Assembly (NCBI GenBank): GCA_017857875.1
Contig: JAFMCH010000002.1
Span: 55,893-119,892, forward strand
DNA: 64,000 nucleotides
From: Actinomycetota bacterium
GTDB taxonomy: Bacteria; Actinomycetota; Actinomycetes; S36-B12
Direction: 5' to 3'
Shown in pieces: positions 21,389 to 30,774 of the stretch (positions within the stretch are counted from its first letter, which is position 1; each line of letters begins with the position of its first letter). A model generated the notes under the pieces. It was not told the DNA's origin. It saw nothing but the letters and a program-made list of their open reading frames with translations, and made no database searches. The translations under genes and the position numbers were made by a program.

Positions 21389-22396
21389 GTGTCTATCACC
21401 ATTCGAGATGTTGCTGCGGCGGCAGGGGTGTCAACCGCCACCGTGTCCCGGGCCCTGCGAGGGCTTCCGCACGTAGATGCGGAAACTCGAGAACGCATAG
21501 AGCGGGTGGCCAAACAGATGGACTACGTGGTTTCGCCGAGTGCGTCACGGCTGGCGAGCGGTCGTACGGGCACGATCGCTGTCATCACACCGTTCTTTGC
21601 TCGCTGGTTCTTCTCGACGGTCCTCAGCGGTGTGGAAAGCGTGTTGCAACGGGAAGAGATCGACCTTCTGGTCTTTGAAGTGGGCGATCCGGCCGTCTCC
21701 TACCGAATGCCTCCGGAGCAGCGGTTGCGTGGACGCGTGGATGGGCTCTTAGTTGTCGCGCTTCCCTCGGATGAGGCAGAGGTGGCTGAACTATTGGCCT
21801 TGGGACTGCCCGTGAGTCTTATTGGTGCTTCGGCCGAGGGTGTGCCGTCGGTCGGTATTGACGACGTTGCCGCAGCACGTACAGCAACCCAGCACCTGAT
21901 CAATCTTGGTCACGAGCGCATCGCCATCATTACCGGCCAGCCCAACCCCACCGGTTTTACTCCTGCAAGTGATCGCGAGCGTGGTTACCGCGAGACGTTG
22001 GCCGCGGCGGGGGTGTCCCTAGATGCTCAACATCGTGCCCACGGGTACTTTACGGTCGCCGGAGGCGAACAGGCGATGACGTCCTTATTGGCAGAGCCTC
22101 GACCACCGACCGCCGTCTTTGCCGCATCAGATGAAATGGCGTTCGGAGCGATTCGGGCGTTGCGTCGGCATGGCCTGGTTCCTGGCCGCGATATCGCGAT
22201 CGTGGGGCTAGATGGCCACGATCTGGCTGATTTGCTGGACCTGACCACCGTAGTTCAGCCGGTGCGAGATCTAGGGCGGATGGCAGCAGATGCCCTTGTC
22301 GCTCAATTGAGGCTGCCGGTGGCTGATCGCGGTGCGGCAGTTAAGGCGACATTAGTGCCCACGACCTTGACCGTCCGCGGCAGTACTGTGCCGTAG
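21389..22396 (+). CDS. LacI-family transcriptional regulator
   Basis: The N-terminal HTH ITIRDVAAAAGVSTATVSRALRG is followed by a periplasmic-binding-protein-like sugar-binding domain. Confidence 0.9.
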   Translation: MSITIRDVAAAAGVSTATVSRALRGLPHVDAETRERIERVAKQMDYVVSPSASRLASGRTGTIAVITPFFARWFFSTVLSGVESVLQREEIDLLVFEVGDPAVSYRMPPEQRLRGRVDGLLVVALPSDEAEVAELLALGLPVSLIGASAEGVPSVGIDDVAAARTATQHLINLGHERIAIITGQPNPTGFTPASDRERGYRETLAAAGVSLDAQHRAHGYFTVAGGEQAMTSLLAEPRPPTAVFAASDEMAFGAIRALRRHGLVPGRDIAIVGLDGHDLADLLDLTTVVQPVRDLGRMAADALVAQLRLPVADRGAAVKATLVPTTLTVRGSTVP

Positions 22397-22437
22397 CCGA
22401 ACGTGCGGAATACGCGCTCGAGCAGCTAGTCGATCAG

Positions 22438-23520
22438 TTAGTCGCTGATGCGCGGTCGGTCACCGTCGTTGGCAAAGACATAGTGCCGCAGCGGACGTAC
22501 GCGCACTGAATCTCCGATTCGCGTGCCGATGGATCCGGGCTCGCGCGCGATCAATCCCATTGCCTGACCATCGACCTGTGGTGTGTCGCCGTAGACATAG
22601 GCATCAGCACCAAGTTCTTCAACCAGGTTGACTTTCATTTCTGCGCCCTCGTCACTGATGTGGAGGTCTTCGGGACGAATGCCCAGAAGTACCGATGTGG
22701 CCGAGCCTGCTCGTTTGAGAACCTCGCGCTCGACCGCCACGGTGTAGTCGCCGAAACGAACTCCGCCATCAACGATCGGTGCCTGAACGATGTTCATGGA
22801 CGGGGATCCGATGAATGCACCGACGAACGCGTTTGCGGGCGCTTCGTAAAGTTCGCGCGGCGACGCGGCCTGCTGTAGGACACCAGCACTAAGTACAGCA
22901 ACTCGGTCACCCATGGTCATGGCCTCAACCTGGTCGTGAGTTACGTAAAGAGTTGTTGTGCCCAAGCGCTTTTGCAGTGCAGCGATCTGCGTTCGCGTCG
23001 ATACTCGGAGTTTTGCATCGAGATTTGAGAGTGGTTCGTCCATCAAGAAGACTTCCGGCTCCCGAACGATGGCCCGGCCCATAGCCACGCGTTGGCGTTG
23101 ACCGCCGGACAGTGCCTTAGGTTTGCGTTCGAGGTATTCGGTGAGGTCGAGCAGGGTTGCAGCGTCGGTGACACGGCGAGTGATTTCGTCTTTCGAAACC
23201 TTCTGGATCTTCAGTGCGAAAGCCATGTTCTCGGCAACGCTCATGTGCGGGTAGAGCGCGTAGTTCTGAAACACCATCGCAATGTCGCGGTCTTTTGCGG
23301 CAACCTTGGTGACATCTTGATTGCCGATGAGGATACGGCCAGAAGAAATGGGTTCAAGACCGGCCAACATGCGCAATGAAGTGGACTTGCCGCACCCGGA
23401 GGGTCCGACCAGAACGAGAAACTCGCCTTCAGCGATATCAAGGCTCAGCTCATACACGGCAGGTGTGTCGCCGCCGGGGTAGACAAGGCTCACATCATCG
23501 TATTGGACACTTGAACTCAT
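22438..23520 (-). CDS. sugar ABC transporter ATP-binding protein (MsiK/UgpC/MalK-type)
   Basis: Walker A GPSGCGKST, signature LSGGQRQRV and Walker B FLMDEPLS are present, with a C-terminal MalK-like regulatory domain. I prefer the ATG at 23520 (AGGAAG 11 nt upstream) over the GTG at 23529. Confidence 0.9.
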   Translation of the reverse strand: MSSSVQYDDVSLVYPGGDTPAVYELSLDIAEGEFLVLVGPSGCGKSTSLRMLAGLEPISSGRILIGNQDVTKVAAKDRDIAMVFQNYALYPHMSVAENMAFALKIQKVSKDEITRRVTDAATLLDLTEYLERKPKALSGGQRQRVAMGRAIVREPEVFLMDEPLSNLDAKLRVSTRTQIAALQKRLGTTTLYVTHDQVEAMTMGDRVAVLSAGVLQQAASPRELYEAPANAFVGAFIGSPSMNIVQAPIVDGGVRFGDYTVAVEREVLKRAGSATSVLLGIRPEDLHISDEGAEMKVNLVEELGADAYVYGDTPQVDGQAMGLIAREPGSIGTRIGDSVRVRPLRHYVFANDGDRPRISD

Positions 23521-23652
23521 GCGTCTCACCGCTTCCTGATGTGCCGTCTGACACGTGCGTGTCGGGTTACTGTCGGGGTCAGTGGGTCTCGGCTGAGGCT
23601 AGCGGTTTCCGGGCGCCTTGGTAACCCTTATGTGTCGAGGAGGTTGCCAAAT

Positions 23653-23666
23653 CGTAACCGATTACA
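23653..23666. promoter_or_regulatory. candidate LacI-family operator 1
   Basis: CGTAACCGATTACA matches the generic LacI/GalR pattern TGNAANCGNTTNCA at 13/14 positions. It lies in the divergent msiK-like / binding-protein intergenic region. Confidence 0.4.
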
Positions 23667-23718
23667 GACGCTTGTTACATGAATTTCCCTTGCTCTGCGG
23701 CCTGAACCGGGCAAGACT

Positions 23719-23732
23719 GCAAACCGTTTACA
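23719..23732. promoter_or_regulatory. candidate LacI-family operator 2
   Basis: GCAAACCGTTTACA matches the pattern at 12/14 positions. It shares AACCG.TTACAGAC with site 1 and lies about 80 nt upstream of the binding-protein ATG. Confidence 0.35.
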
Positions 23733-23813
23733 GACATCCCGGGGGATGACCATCCGTCGGGTCTGGTTGCGCTTTGGATTCTCAATGAGCCAGGGCACGA
23801 GATAGGAGACGGA

Positions 23814-25238
23814 ATGACTGCACCCTTGCGTCGTCGCGGCGTCATCCTCCTCGCAGGCGGAGCGGCGGCCACTTTGCTGCTCGCGGCCTGTGGTGGTTCG
23901 GATGATTCTGGCGGTTCAGCGACGCCCACCAATACCGATGCAAGTCCGACGGCAAGCCCGACGGGTGACGTGCCTGCAGGTTGCGAGCCCTACGCCGGAT
24001 ACCTCGGCAATGAAGGTCAATCTGTTTCAGTGTTCACCTCAATTCTGCCGCCCGAGCAGCAGAAGTTCGAGGAATCCTGGGCAAAGTTCGAAGAGTGCAC
24101 CGGAATCGACATCGTCTACGAAGGTAGTGATCAGTTCGAAGCCCAACTGCCGACCCGCATCGCCGGCGGAAACGCTCCTGATATCGCGTTTATTCCGCAG
24201 CCTGGCTTGCTTCAGACCCTCGTCGAGCGCGGCGGTCCGGTGGCAGCACCCGCGACCACCTCGGCCAACGTCGACCAGTACTTCAACCCGGCCTGGAAGG
24301 CCTACGGAACCATTGACGGCACCTTCTATGCCGCTCCGTTGGGCTCGAACATGAAGTCCTTCGTGTGGTACTCGCCGTCGGTGTTCGCTGATAACGGCTA
24401 CACCGTGCCGACCACCTGGGATGAGATGTTCACCCTCTCTGATCAGATGGTGGCTGACGGAATTACTCCGTGGTGTGGCGGTATCGAGTCTGGCGGTGCT
24501 ACCGGTTGGGCGGCTACCGACTGGCTCGAGCAGGTCATGCTTCGCCTCTACGGTGGCGATGTCTATGACCAGTGGGTCAACCACGAGGTCGTATTCAACT
24601 CACCTGAGGTCACCGAGGCGATGAACGTTGTGGCTGGCTGGATGAAGAACGAGGAGTACGTCAACGGCGGTCACGTGACGGGTCAGGGCTACGGCAATGT
24701 GGCCTCTATCGCCACGACAGCATTCCAAGATGCTGGCAAGGGCATCATTCCTGGTGAGTGCGGCATGTTGCAGCAGGCTTCGTTCTATGCGGCTCAGTGG
24801 GAAAGCTTCAAAGAGGGTGCCGTAGTTGCTGAAGACGGCGACGTCTTTGCTTTCTACCTGCCTGCGATTACTGACGCTGTGCCCACGCCGATCGTTGGCG
24901 GCGGAGAGTTTGTGACCGCTTTCTCTGATGCTCCTGCGGTTCAGGCTGTGCAGAACTTCCTGTCCTCGTCAGAGTTCGCCACCGCGAAGGCCGCTCTGGG
25001 TGCTTGGGTGTCGGCAAATAACGGCGTGCCGTTGGATACCTATGCATCTCCCATCGATCGTCTATCGGCTGAGTTCCTCACCAACCAAGAGGGCACTTTC
25101 CGGTTCGACGCATCAGACCTCATGCCAGCTGCTGTCGGCGCTGGTGCTGAGTGGACCCAGATGACCGCTTGGTTCGCAGAGGACAAGCCAACCGAAGCGG
25201 TATTGCAGGCAATTGATGATGCCTGGCCCTCATCCTGA
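23814..25238 (+). CDS. sugar ABC transporter substrate-binding lipoprotein
   Basis: A signal peptide with lipobox LLAACGGS is present. Length is 474 aa with family-1 solute-binding character. AGGAGA lies upstream of the ATG. Confidence 0.85.
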   Translation: MTAPLRRRGVILLAGGAAATLLLAACGGSDDSGGSATPTNTDASPTASPTGDVPAGCEPYAGYLGNEGQSVSVFTSILPPEQQKFEESWAKFEECTGIDIVYEGSDQFEAQLPTRIAGGNAPDIAFIPQPGLLQTLVERGGPVAAPATTSANVDQYFNPAWKAYGTIDGTFYAAPLGSNMKSFVWYSPSVFADNGYTVPTTWDEMFTLSDQMVADGITPWCGGIESGGATGWAATDWLEQVMLRLYGGDVYDQWVNHEVVFNSPEVTEAMNVVAGWMKNEEYVNGGHVTGQGYGNVASIATTAFQDAGKGIIPGECGMLQQASFYAAQWESFKEGAVVAEDGDVFAFYLPAITDAVPTPIVGGGEFVTAFSDAPAVQAVQNFLSSSEFATAKAALGAWVSANNGVPLDTYASPIDRLSAEFLTNQEGTFRFDASDLMPAAVGAGAEWTQMTAWFAEDKPTEAVLQAIDDAWPSS

Positions 25239-25311
25239 TCGCGTGGATGACGTTCAACAAGTACGTGGTCACCTCATGAATCGCTTCATCGCAGATTCAT
25301 GAGATGACTGA

Positions 25312-25353
25312 CAGCGGGGCTCGAAGAGAGTAGACACTCTTCGAGCCCCGCTG
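25312..25353 (+). promoter_or_regulatory. GC-rich intercistronic stem-loop (17-bp stem) between binding-protein and permease genes
   Basis: CAGCGGGGCTCGAAGAG...CTCTTCGAGCCCCGCTG forms the stem. It is preceded by a second 9-bp inverted repeat, TCATGAATC-N11-GATTCATGA, at 25274-25302. There is no T-tract. Confidence 0.55.
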
Positions 25354-25390
25354 CACATGAGGACAGCGACGATCAAAGGAGGAATCGGCT

Positions 25391-26374
25391 ATGGGAGACG
25401 AGATCCTCAACGGCCTACCGAAGCTCGGCACCGCAGCTGCTGGCATCGCTGTGTTCTTCGGTGTATTGATGCTGGTGTTTTTCGTTTTGGGCAAGGTGCG
25501 GGGCCGTTTCTCGGGGCCCGTGGCCGGTATCGCCTTTCTTGGCCCGGCAATCCTCCTGCTTGTTGCTGGTCTCGTGGTGCCTGCTATCCAGACGATCGGC
25601 AAGAGCACGCAAAATGCAGCCGGTACGAAATTCATCGGCTGGGAAAATTACGCCTGGGTCTTTGGCACCGACACCAACCGTCAGATCCTCACCAATACAT
25701 TCATGTGGCTGATCATCGCGCCACTGTTCTCAACCCTTTTTGGTCTCACGCTTGCCCTGCTACTAGACCGGATGCGTCGGGAGTCGATCCCCAAGTCCCT
25801 GATCTTCATGCCGATGGCGATCTCGTTCGTCGGTGCCAGCATCATTTGGGACCTGGTCTATGCCTATCGCGATCCGGCGAAGCCCCAGGTCGGCCTGCTC
25901 AGTCAGGTCGCGATTTGGCTAGGCATCGAGAATCCACCCAACTGGTTGCTGCTGCAGCCGTGGAACAACTTCTTGCTCATGGTCATCATGATTTGGATTC
26001 AGACGGGCTTCGCCATGGTTGTCCTGTCCGCGGCCATCAAGGCAATTCCGGGCGATGTGGTCGAGGCGGCAACCCTTGATGGGGCAACCGGCTGGCGTCT
26101 GTTTTCCCGCGTCACGATTCCGATGATTCGCGGCACACTCATCGTGGTAATCACCACGATCATGATTGCGACACTCAAGATCTTCGACATTGTGCGTGTC
26201 ATGACAAACGGCAACTTCGGTACTCAGATCGTGGCAAATGAAATGTATGCACAATCGTTCGTGCAGTTCGACTATGGCCGAGGTAGCGCTCTTGCCGTGG
26301 TGTTGTTCGTCGCCGTCATTCCTCTTGTCATTTACAACGTTCGCCAGTTGCGGAAAGAGCAGGCAATCCGATGA
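25391..26374 (+). CDS. sugar ABC transporter permease
   Basis: There are six hydrophobic spans and the EAA loop EAATLDGATGWRLFSRVTIPM. AAGGAGG lies upstream of the start. Confidence 0.9.
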   Translation: MGDEILNGLPKLGTAAAGIAVFFGVLMLVFFVLGKVRGRFSGPVAGIAFLGPAILLLVAGLVVPAIQTIGKSTQNAAGTKFIGWENYAWVFGTDTNRQILTNTFMWLIIAPLFSTLFGLTLALLLDRMRRESIPKSLIFMPMAISFVGASIIWDLVYAYRDPAKPQVGLLSQVAIWLGIENPPNWLLLQPWNNFLLMVIMIWIQTGFAMVVLSAAIKAIPGDVVEAATLDGATGWRLFSRVTIPMIRGTLIVVITTIMIATLKIFDIVRVMTNGNFGTQIVANEMYAQSFVQFDYGRGSALAVVLFVAVIPLVIYNVRQLRKEQAIR

Positions 26375-27330
26375 GTGTTGAAGCGCATCAACTTATCGCC
26401 ATACCGCAGCCCGATCAGCCCAAACCGTCGATCCCGGTTGCTGTACGCAAGACACTCAGCAGTCCCTGGGCAACGGGCTTTGTCATCTTGCTTACCGTTT
26501 TGTGGACGATTCCGACCTTTGGCTTGCTGACTACATCGCTACGGCCATCTGAGGACGCCAACAATTCGGGCTGGTGGACCATTTTCACCAATCCGAGTTT
26601 CACAATGAACAACTACTCGGAGGTTCTCACCGGCGGTGACACGATCCCCGGTGGAATCTTGCCGTACTTTTTCAACTCCTTTGCGATTGCCATTCCCGCG
26701 GCCCTGTTTCCGCTGGCTCTGGCCACCATGGCGGCCTATGCGTTGGCGTGGATACCGTTTAAGGGCGCAACCACCATCTTCTTCGTTGTCTTCGCGTTGC
26801 AGGTCGTTCCGCTGCAGATGGCCTTGCTGCCGCTGCTGCAGATGTTCAACCTCGGCTGGTCGATTGGGCCAATAACCGTGGTGCCCGATCTTGATTTATC
26901 CGGAACCTACATACCGCTCTGGGTAGCCCACACCATGTTTGCCCTGCCGCTGGCGGTGTTCTTGATCCATAACTTCATCGCTCAATTGCCCAGGGACCTC
27001 ATGGAGGCAGCCCGTGTGGATGGTGCCGGTCACTTCACGATCTTCTGGCGGATCGTGTTGCCGCTGTCAGTGCCGGCGATTGCATCATTTGCGATTTTCC
27101 AGTTCCTGTGGGTCTGGAATGACCTATTGGTGGCGCTGACCTTCGCCGGCGGCACGCCAGATGTCGCGCCGATCACGGCCTATTTGGCAAGTATCAAGGG
27201 CACCTATGGTGCACAACTTGATCTCATCACAGCCGGAGCATTCATTGCGATCATCGTGCCGCTGATCGTGTTCTTTGCTCTGCAGCGGTTTTTCGTGCGC
27301 GGCTTGTTGGCAGGTTCAGTCAAGGGCTAG
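26371..27330 (+). CDS. sugar ABC transporter permease
   Basis: The EAA loop EAARVDGAGHFTIFWRIVLPL is present. The start forms an ATGA overlap with the upstream permease. Confidence 0.9.
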   Translation: MSVEAHQLIAIPQPDQPKPSIPVAVRKTLSSPWATGFVILLTVLWTIPTFGLLTTSLRPSEDANNSGWWTIFTNPSFTMNNYSEVLTGGDTIPGGILPYFFNSFAIAIPAALFPLALATMAAYALAWIPFKGATTIFFVVFALQVVPLQMALLPLLQMFNLGWSIGPITVVPDLDLSGTYIPLWVAHTMFALPLAVFLIHNFIAQLPRDLMEAARVDGAGHFTIFWRIVLPLSVPAIASFAIFQFLWVWNDLLVALTFAGGTPDVAPITAYLASIKGTYGAQLDLITAGAFIAIIVPLIVFFALQRFFVRGLLAGSVKG

Positions 27331-27346
27331 GGCGTCAGGCCGGGCG

Positions 27347-28720
27347 CTATGCCTGACGAGCGGCCAACAAGTCTCGATACCAGTGCGCACTGTCCTTTGG
27401 TGTTCGTTGTTGGGTCACCGGGTCGACAGCGAAAATTCCGAAACGTTTGGTCATGCCCTCCGCCCATTCAATATTGTCGAGCAGAGACCAGGCGAAGTAC
27501 CCGCGAACGTCAACGCCCTCATCCCTTGCCTGTAACGCGGCCTCGATATGTGAGCGTAGGTAGTCCATTCGAAGCGGGTCGTGCACATGCGGGCCATCAT
27601 GAACGTCGCCCATTGCCGCACCGTTTTCGGTAATCCAGATCGGCGTTCCAGGTAAGGCTGTAGCCATGGTGTGCAGGATTGACGTGAGTCCTGCGGGCAC
27701 GACCTCCCAGCCCATGTCAGACCTGGGCTCTCTGGGCTTGAACTGAGCCGGCGGGCAGCCAGGATAGGCGCTGAGGACTTGCGTCTCGACCTGGCTGAGA
27801 GGTGTTGACGCTGGCAGGCCGCGTACCCGGTTGACCGTGTAGTAGTTCTCACCGATCCAGTCGATGGGTGCGGCAATAGTTGACAGGTCATCGTCCCCAA
27901 CAAAAGCAAAGTCGGTGAACTGTGCGAGGGACTTGCGTAGACCATCACTTACCCCGCGACCGGCCAGCAGGTCGAGGAAAAACTGATTGTGCAGGCGGTC
28001 GATGTGTGCGCTGGCGGCCATGGTTTCGGGTTGCTCATCCTCAGGAAGCGTGGGGATGAGGTTCAACACGATGCCGCAGTTGCGTGCCTGCGCTGCTCGC
28101 AGACGCGGCATGGCCAAGCCGTGGGCCAGCATGAGGTGAAAGGCAGCGGTCATCGCGCTATTTGGGTCGGTGATACCCGGTGCGTGGATGCCAGCGGCGT
28201 AGCCAAGATAAGCCGAGACCCATGGCTCGTTAAGGGTTGCCCAGCGACCTACGCGATCACCGAACTCTTCCGCCATGCGTTGGGAATAGTCGGCAAATCG
28301 TTCGCAGGTGTCGCGCTCGAGCCAGCCGCCTTGATCGCCCAGTGCACTGGGCAAATCCCAGTGATACAGCGTTGCGACGGGTTCGATGCCCCGCTTGATG
28401 AGTCCGTCGATGAGTCGGTTGTAGAAGTCGATGCCGTGGGGTGAGAAAGCACCTTGACCCGTGGGCTGGACCCGTGGCCAGCTGATGCTGAACCGATATG
28501 CGTCGATGCCCAGCCATGTCAACCAGTCGAGGTCATCATCAAGGTGGGCGATGTGGTCGCACGCAGGATCGGCCGTCGTTGCATCGATGATGGTGCCGGG
28601 CTTGGCGGCGAAGTCATCCCAAATACTGGGTCCGCGCCCTGCACTATCGCCTTCAATCTGCCACGCTGATGTAGCGACACCACATTGAAATCCGGGTGGA
28701 ATGACAAGCTCGGGAGTCAT
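27347..28720 (-). CDS. GH1 beta-glucosidase
   Basis: The GH1 catalytic motifs TLNEPW (acid/base Glu) and ITENGAA (nucleophile Glu) are present. Length is 457 aa. Confidence 0.92.
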   Translation of the reverse strand: MTPELVIPPGFQCGVATSAWQIEGDSAGRGPSIWDDFAAKPGTIIDATTADPACDHIAHLDDDLDWLTWLGIDAYRFSISWPRVQPTGQGAFSPHGIDFYNRLIDGLIKRGIEPVATLYHWDLPSALGDQGGWLERDTCERFADYSQRMAEEFGDRVGRWATLNEPWVSAYLGYAAGIHAPGITDPNSAMTAAFHLMLAHGLAMPRLRAAQARNCGIVLNLIPTLPEDEQPETMAASAHIDRLHNQFFLDLLAGRGVSDGLRKSLAQFTDFAFVGDDDLSTIAAPIDWIGENYYTVNRVRGLPASTPLSQVETQVLSAYPGCPPAQFKPREPRSDMGWEVVPAGLTSILHTMATALPGTPIWITENGAAMGDVHDGPHVHDPLRMDYLRSHIEAALQARDEGVDVRGYFAWSLLDNIEWAEGMTKRFGIFAVDPVTQQRTPKDSAHWYRDLLAARQA

Positions 28721-28758
28721 GTCGCTGATGCTCGCATAGCGGGGTCAGGCTGGCTAGG

Positions 28759-29466
28759 GTGTTGGCCATGGCTACCCGTGTAGATATCGATTCGACGTCC
28801 GACCCGCTGCAAGGATTGCTTGCGATTCCAGAGTCCGGCATGGGGCCCGGTGTGATCGTGATCCAAGAGTGGTGGGGACTGGTTCCGCAGATCGAGCGCG
28901 TGGTCGATCGATTCGCCGAGGCCGGTTTTACCGCTATCGCCCCCGACCACTACCGCGGAGTCCGGGCGAGCGAGCCAGACCAGGCGGGCAAACTCATGAT
29001 GGGTCTGAAAGTGTCAGCCGCGGCCAGCGATATTGCATCGGCGGCCGACTACCTTGTGCGATCCGGGCACGTTCCCGGTGACAAGGTTGGCGTGATCGGT
29101 TTCTGTATGGGTGGAGGGCTGGCACTGCTGGCCCCGACCGTGAGTCCGCATATTGACTGCGCGTCAGCCTTTTATCCGGCCATGCCGTGGCCTGACTACC
29201 ACCCTGAGTGGGCCAATTACGCTGGCCGAGAGGCTCTGGTGCACCAGGCTGAGAGCGATATTCCAAACACGGGTGCGGATATCGCTCGATACGCCGAGGC
29301 GATCGCGGCGAATGGCGGCACCGCAACGGTTGTCGACTACCCGGGTTCCCATCACGCATTCTTCAACGAGGATCGCCCTGAGGTCTACGACGAAACGATG
29401 GCTCAGGTGGCCTGGGATGCGACGCTGGCCATGTTTCATCGACGCCTTATCAACCCATTCGCCTGA
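28759..29466 (+). CDS. dienelactone hydrolase family protein
   Basis: The alpha/beta-hydrolase nucleophile-elbow context GVIGFCMGGG and the terminal YPGSHHAF motif typical of DLH-family proteins are present. Confidence 0.8.
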   Translation: MLAMATRVDIDSTSDPLQGLLAIPESGMGPGVIVIQEWWGLVPQIERVVDRFAEAGFTAIAPDHYRGVRASEPDQAGKLMMGLKVSAAASDIASAADYLVRSGHVPGDKVGVIGFCMGGGLALLAPTVSPHIDCASAFYPAMPWPDYHPEWANYAGREALVHQAESDIPNTGADIARYAEAIAANGGTATVVDYPGSHHAFFNEDRPEVYDETMAQVAWDATLAMFHRRLINPFA

Positions 29467-29512
29467 TATTCCCCGATAGCGTTCGACAACTCCGAGTTCG
29501 AGGTCAGCACCT

Positions 29513-30202
29513 GTGACGTCCAAGCGACTCAGCAAAGACCTACTTGGTGAGCTCGACGCCGAGATCGAGGCTTGTCGAGCGTGTCCTCGTTTGGTCGCAT
29601 GGCGCGAGCACGTTGCCCAGACGAAGCGTGCGGCGTTTAGCCGAGACGAATACTGGGGTAAACCGGTGCCCGGTTTCGGGGATCCGCATCCGCAGGTGTT
29701 GATCGTGGGTTTGGCTCCAGCCGCTCATGGAGCGAATCGAACCGGTCGCGTTTTTACCGGGGATCGAAGCGGTGATTGGCTTTTCTCGGCCCTACATCGA
29801 GCCGGTTTTGCACAGCAGGCGACGTCGATGTCGCGTGATGACGGGCAGCGATTGGTCGGTGCCCGTGTGACGGCTGCGGTTCGTTGCGCCCCTCCAGAAA
29901 ACAAGCCCACGACGAACGAGCGAGACGAGTGCTCGGGCTTTCTGGCGCGTGAACTCACGCTGACGAAACCAAGGGTAATCATTGCGCTGGGAGGATTTGC
30001 CTGGATCGCAGTGTTACGAGTACTCCGCGAGATGGGCTACCCGGTTCCGCGACCACGACCTCGCTTCGGTCACAGCACAGAGGTTGTGATCGGCGATGTC
30101 ACGTTGATTGGGTGCTATCACCCCAGTCAGCAGAACACATTTACCGGAAGACTTACCGAGGCCATGTTGGACGACGTGATGGCGAAGGCGCGGGCCCACT
30201 AG
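29513..30202 (+). CDS. uracil-DNA glycosylase, family 4/5 (family-5 UdgB-like motif A)
   Basis: The N-terminal Fe-S ligand pattern CRACPRL is present, with later Cys residues. Motif A reads GLAPAAHGANRTGRVFTGD, which is the family-5 type, and HPS is present near the C-terminus. Confidence 0.8.
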   Translation: MTSKRLSKDLLGELDAEIEACRACPRLVAWREHVAQTKRAAFSRDEYWGKPVPGFGDPHPQVLIVGLAPAAHGANRTGRVFTGDRSGDWLFSALHRAGFAQQATSMSRDDGQRLVGARVTAAVRCAPPENKPTTNERDECSGFLARELTLTKPRVIIALGGFAWIAVLRVLREMGYPVPRPRPRFGHSTEVVIGDVTLIGCYHPSQQNTFTGRLTEAMLDDVMAKARAH

Positions 30203-30252
30203 CGGCGAGTCCACTCTTCGGGGTCGCTGAAAGTGCGCTAGCGTCCGTGCCT

Positions 30253-30774
30253 ATGTCCAACGGTGATTCGTATGCGATTACGGTTGTGGGTCATGACCGC
30301 CCCGGCATAATCGCTGACGTAACTGGGGCGATTGCTGATCTTGGCGGCAACCTCGAAGACTCCTCGATGACACTCCTGCGCGGCCACTTTGCTTGGACAC
30401 TCGTGGTGACGGGTAGTGACCCGGTTGAGATTGAGCACCGCCTAGAGTCCCTGCGTCACAATGGTTTGCGAATTTCCGTGATTGCACTACCTGAGGCCCC
30501 GAGTCATGGTGATGCGGGAGCGGTGTACGTCATGAGCGTTCATGGCGGCGACCGGCCGGGGATCGTGTCTGCGTTGACAAAGGTGATCGCTGAGGCAGGA
30601 GGCAATATCGTCGACCTGACGACGCGGCTGTCCGGCGATCTTTATGTTTTGGTGGCCGAGGTCGTTCTTCCGGCCGACACAGATATTGCCGTGGTGGAGC
30701 GAAACCTCAGTGAGGCGGCGACAGCCGTGGGCGTAGGAGTCACCCTGCGCCCGGAGGACATCGATCTTCTGTGA
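30253..30774 (+). CDS. tandem ACT-domain protein (GcvR-like)
   Basis: Two ACT-type segments are present (ITVVGHDRPGIIADVTGAIADLGGNL and MSVHGGDRPGIVSALTKVIAEAGGNI). I chose the ATG at 30253. Confidence 0.7.
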   Translation: MSNGDSYAITVVGHDRPGIIADVTGAIADLGGNLEDSSMTLLRGHFAWTLVVTGSDPVEIEHRLESLRHNGLRISVIALPEAPSHGDAGAVYVMSVHGGDRPGIVSALTKVIAEAGGNIVDLTTRLSGDLYVLVAEVVLPADTDIAVVERNLSEAATAVGVGVTLRPEDIDLL

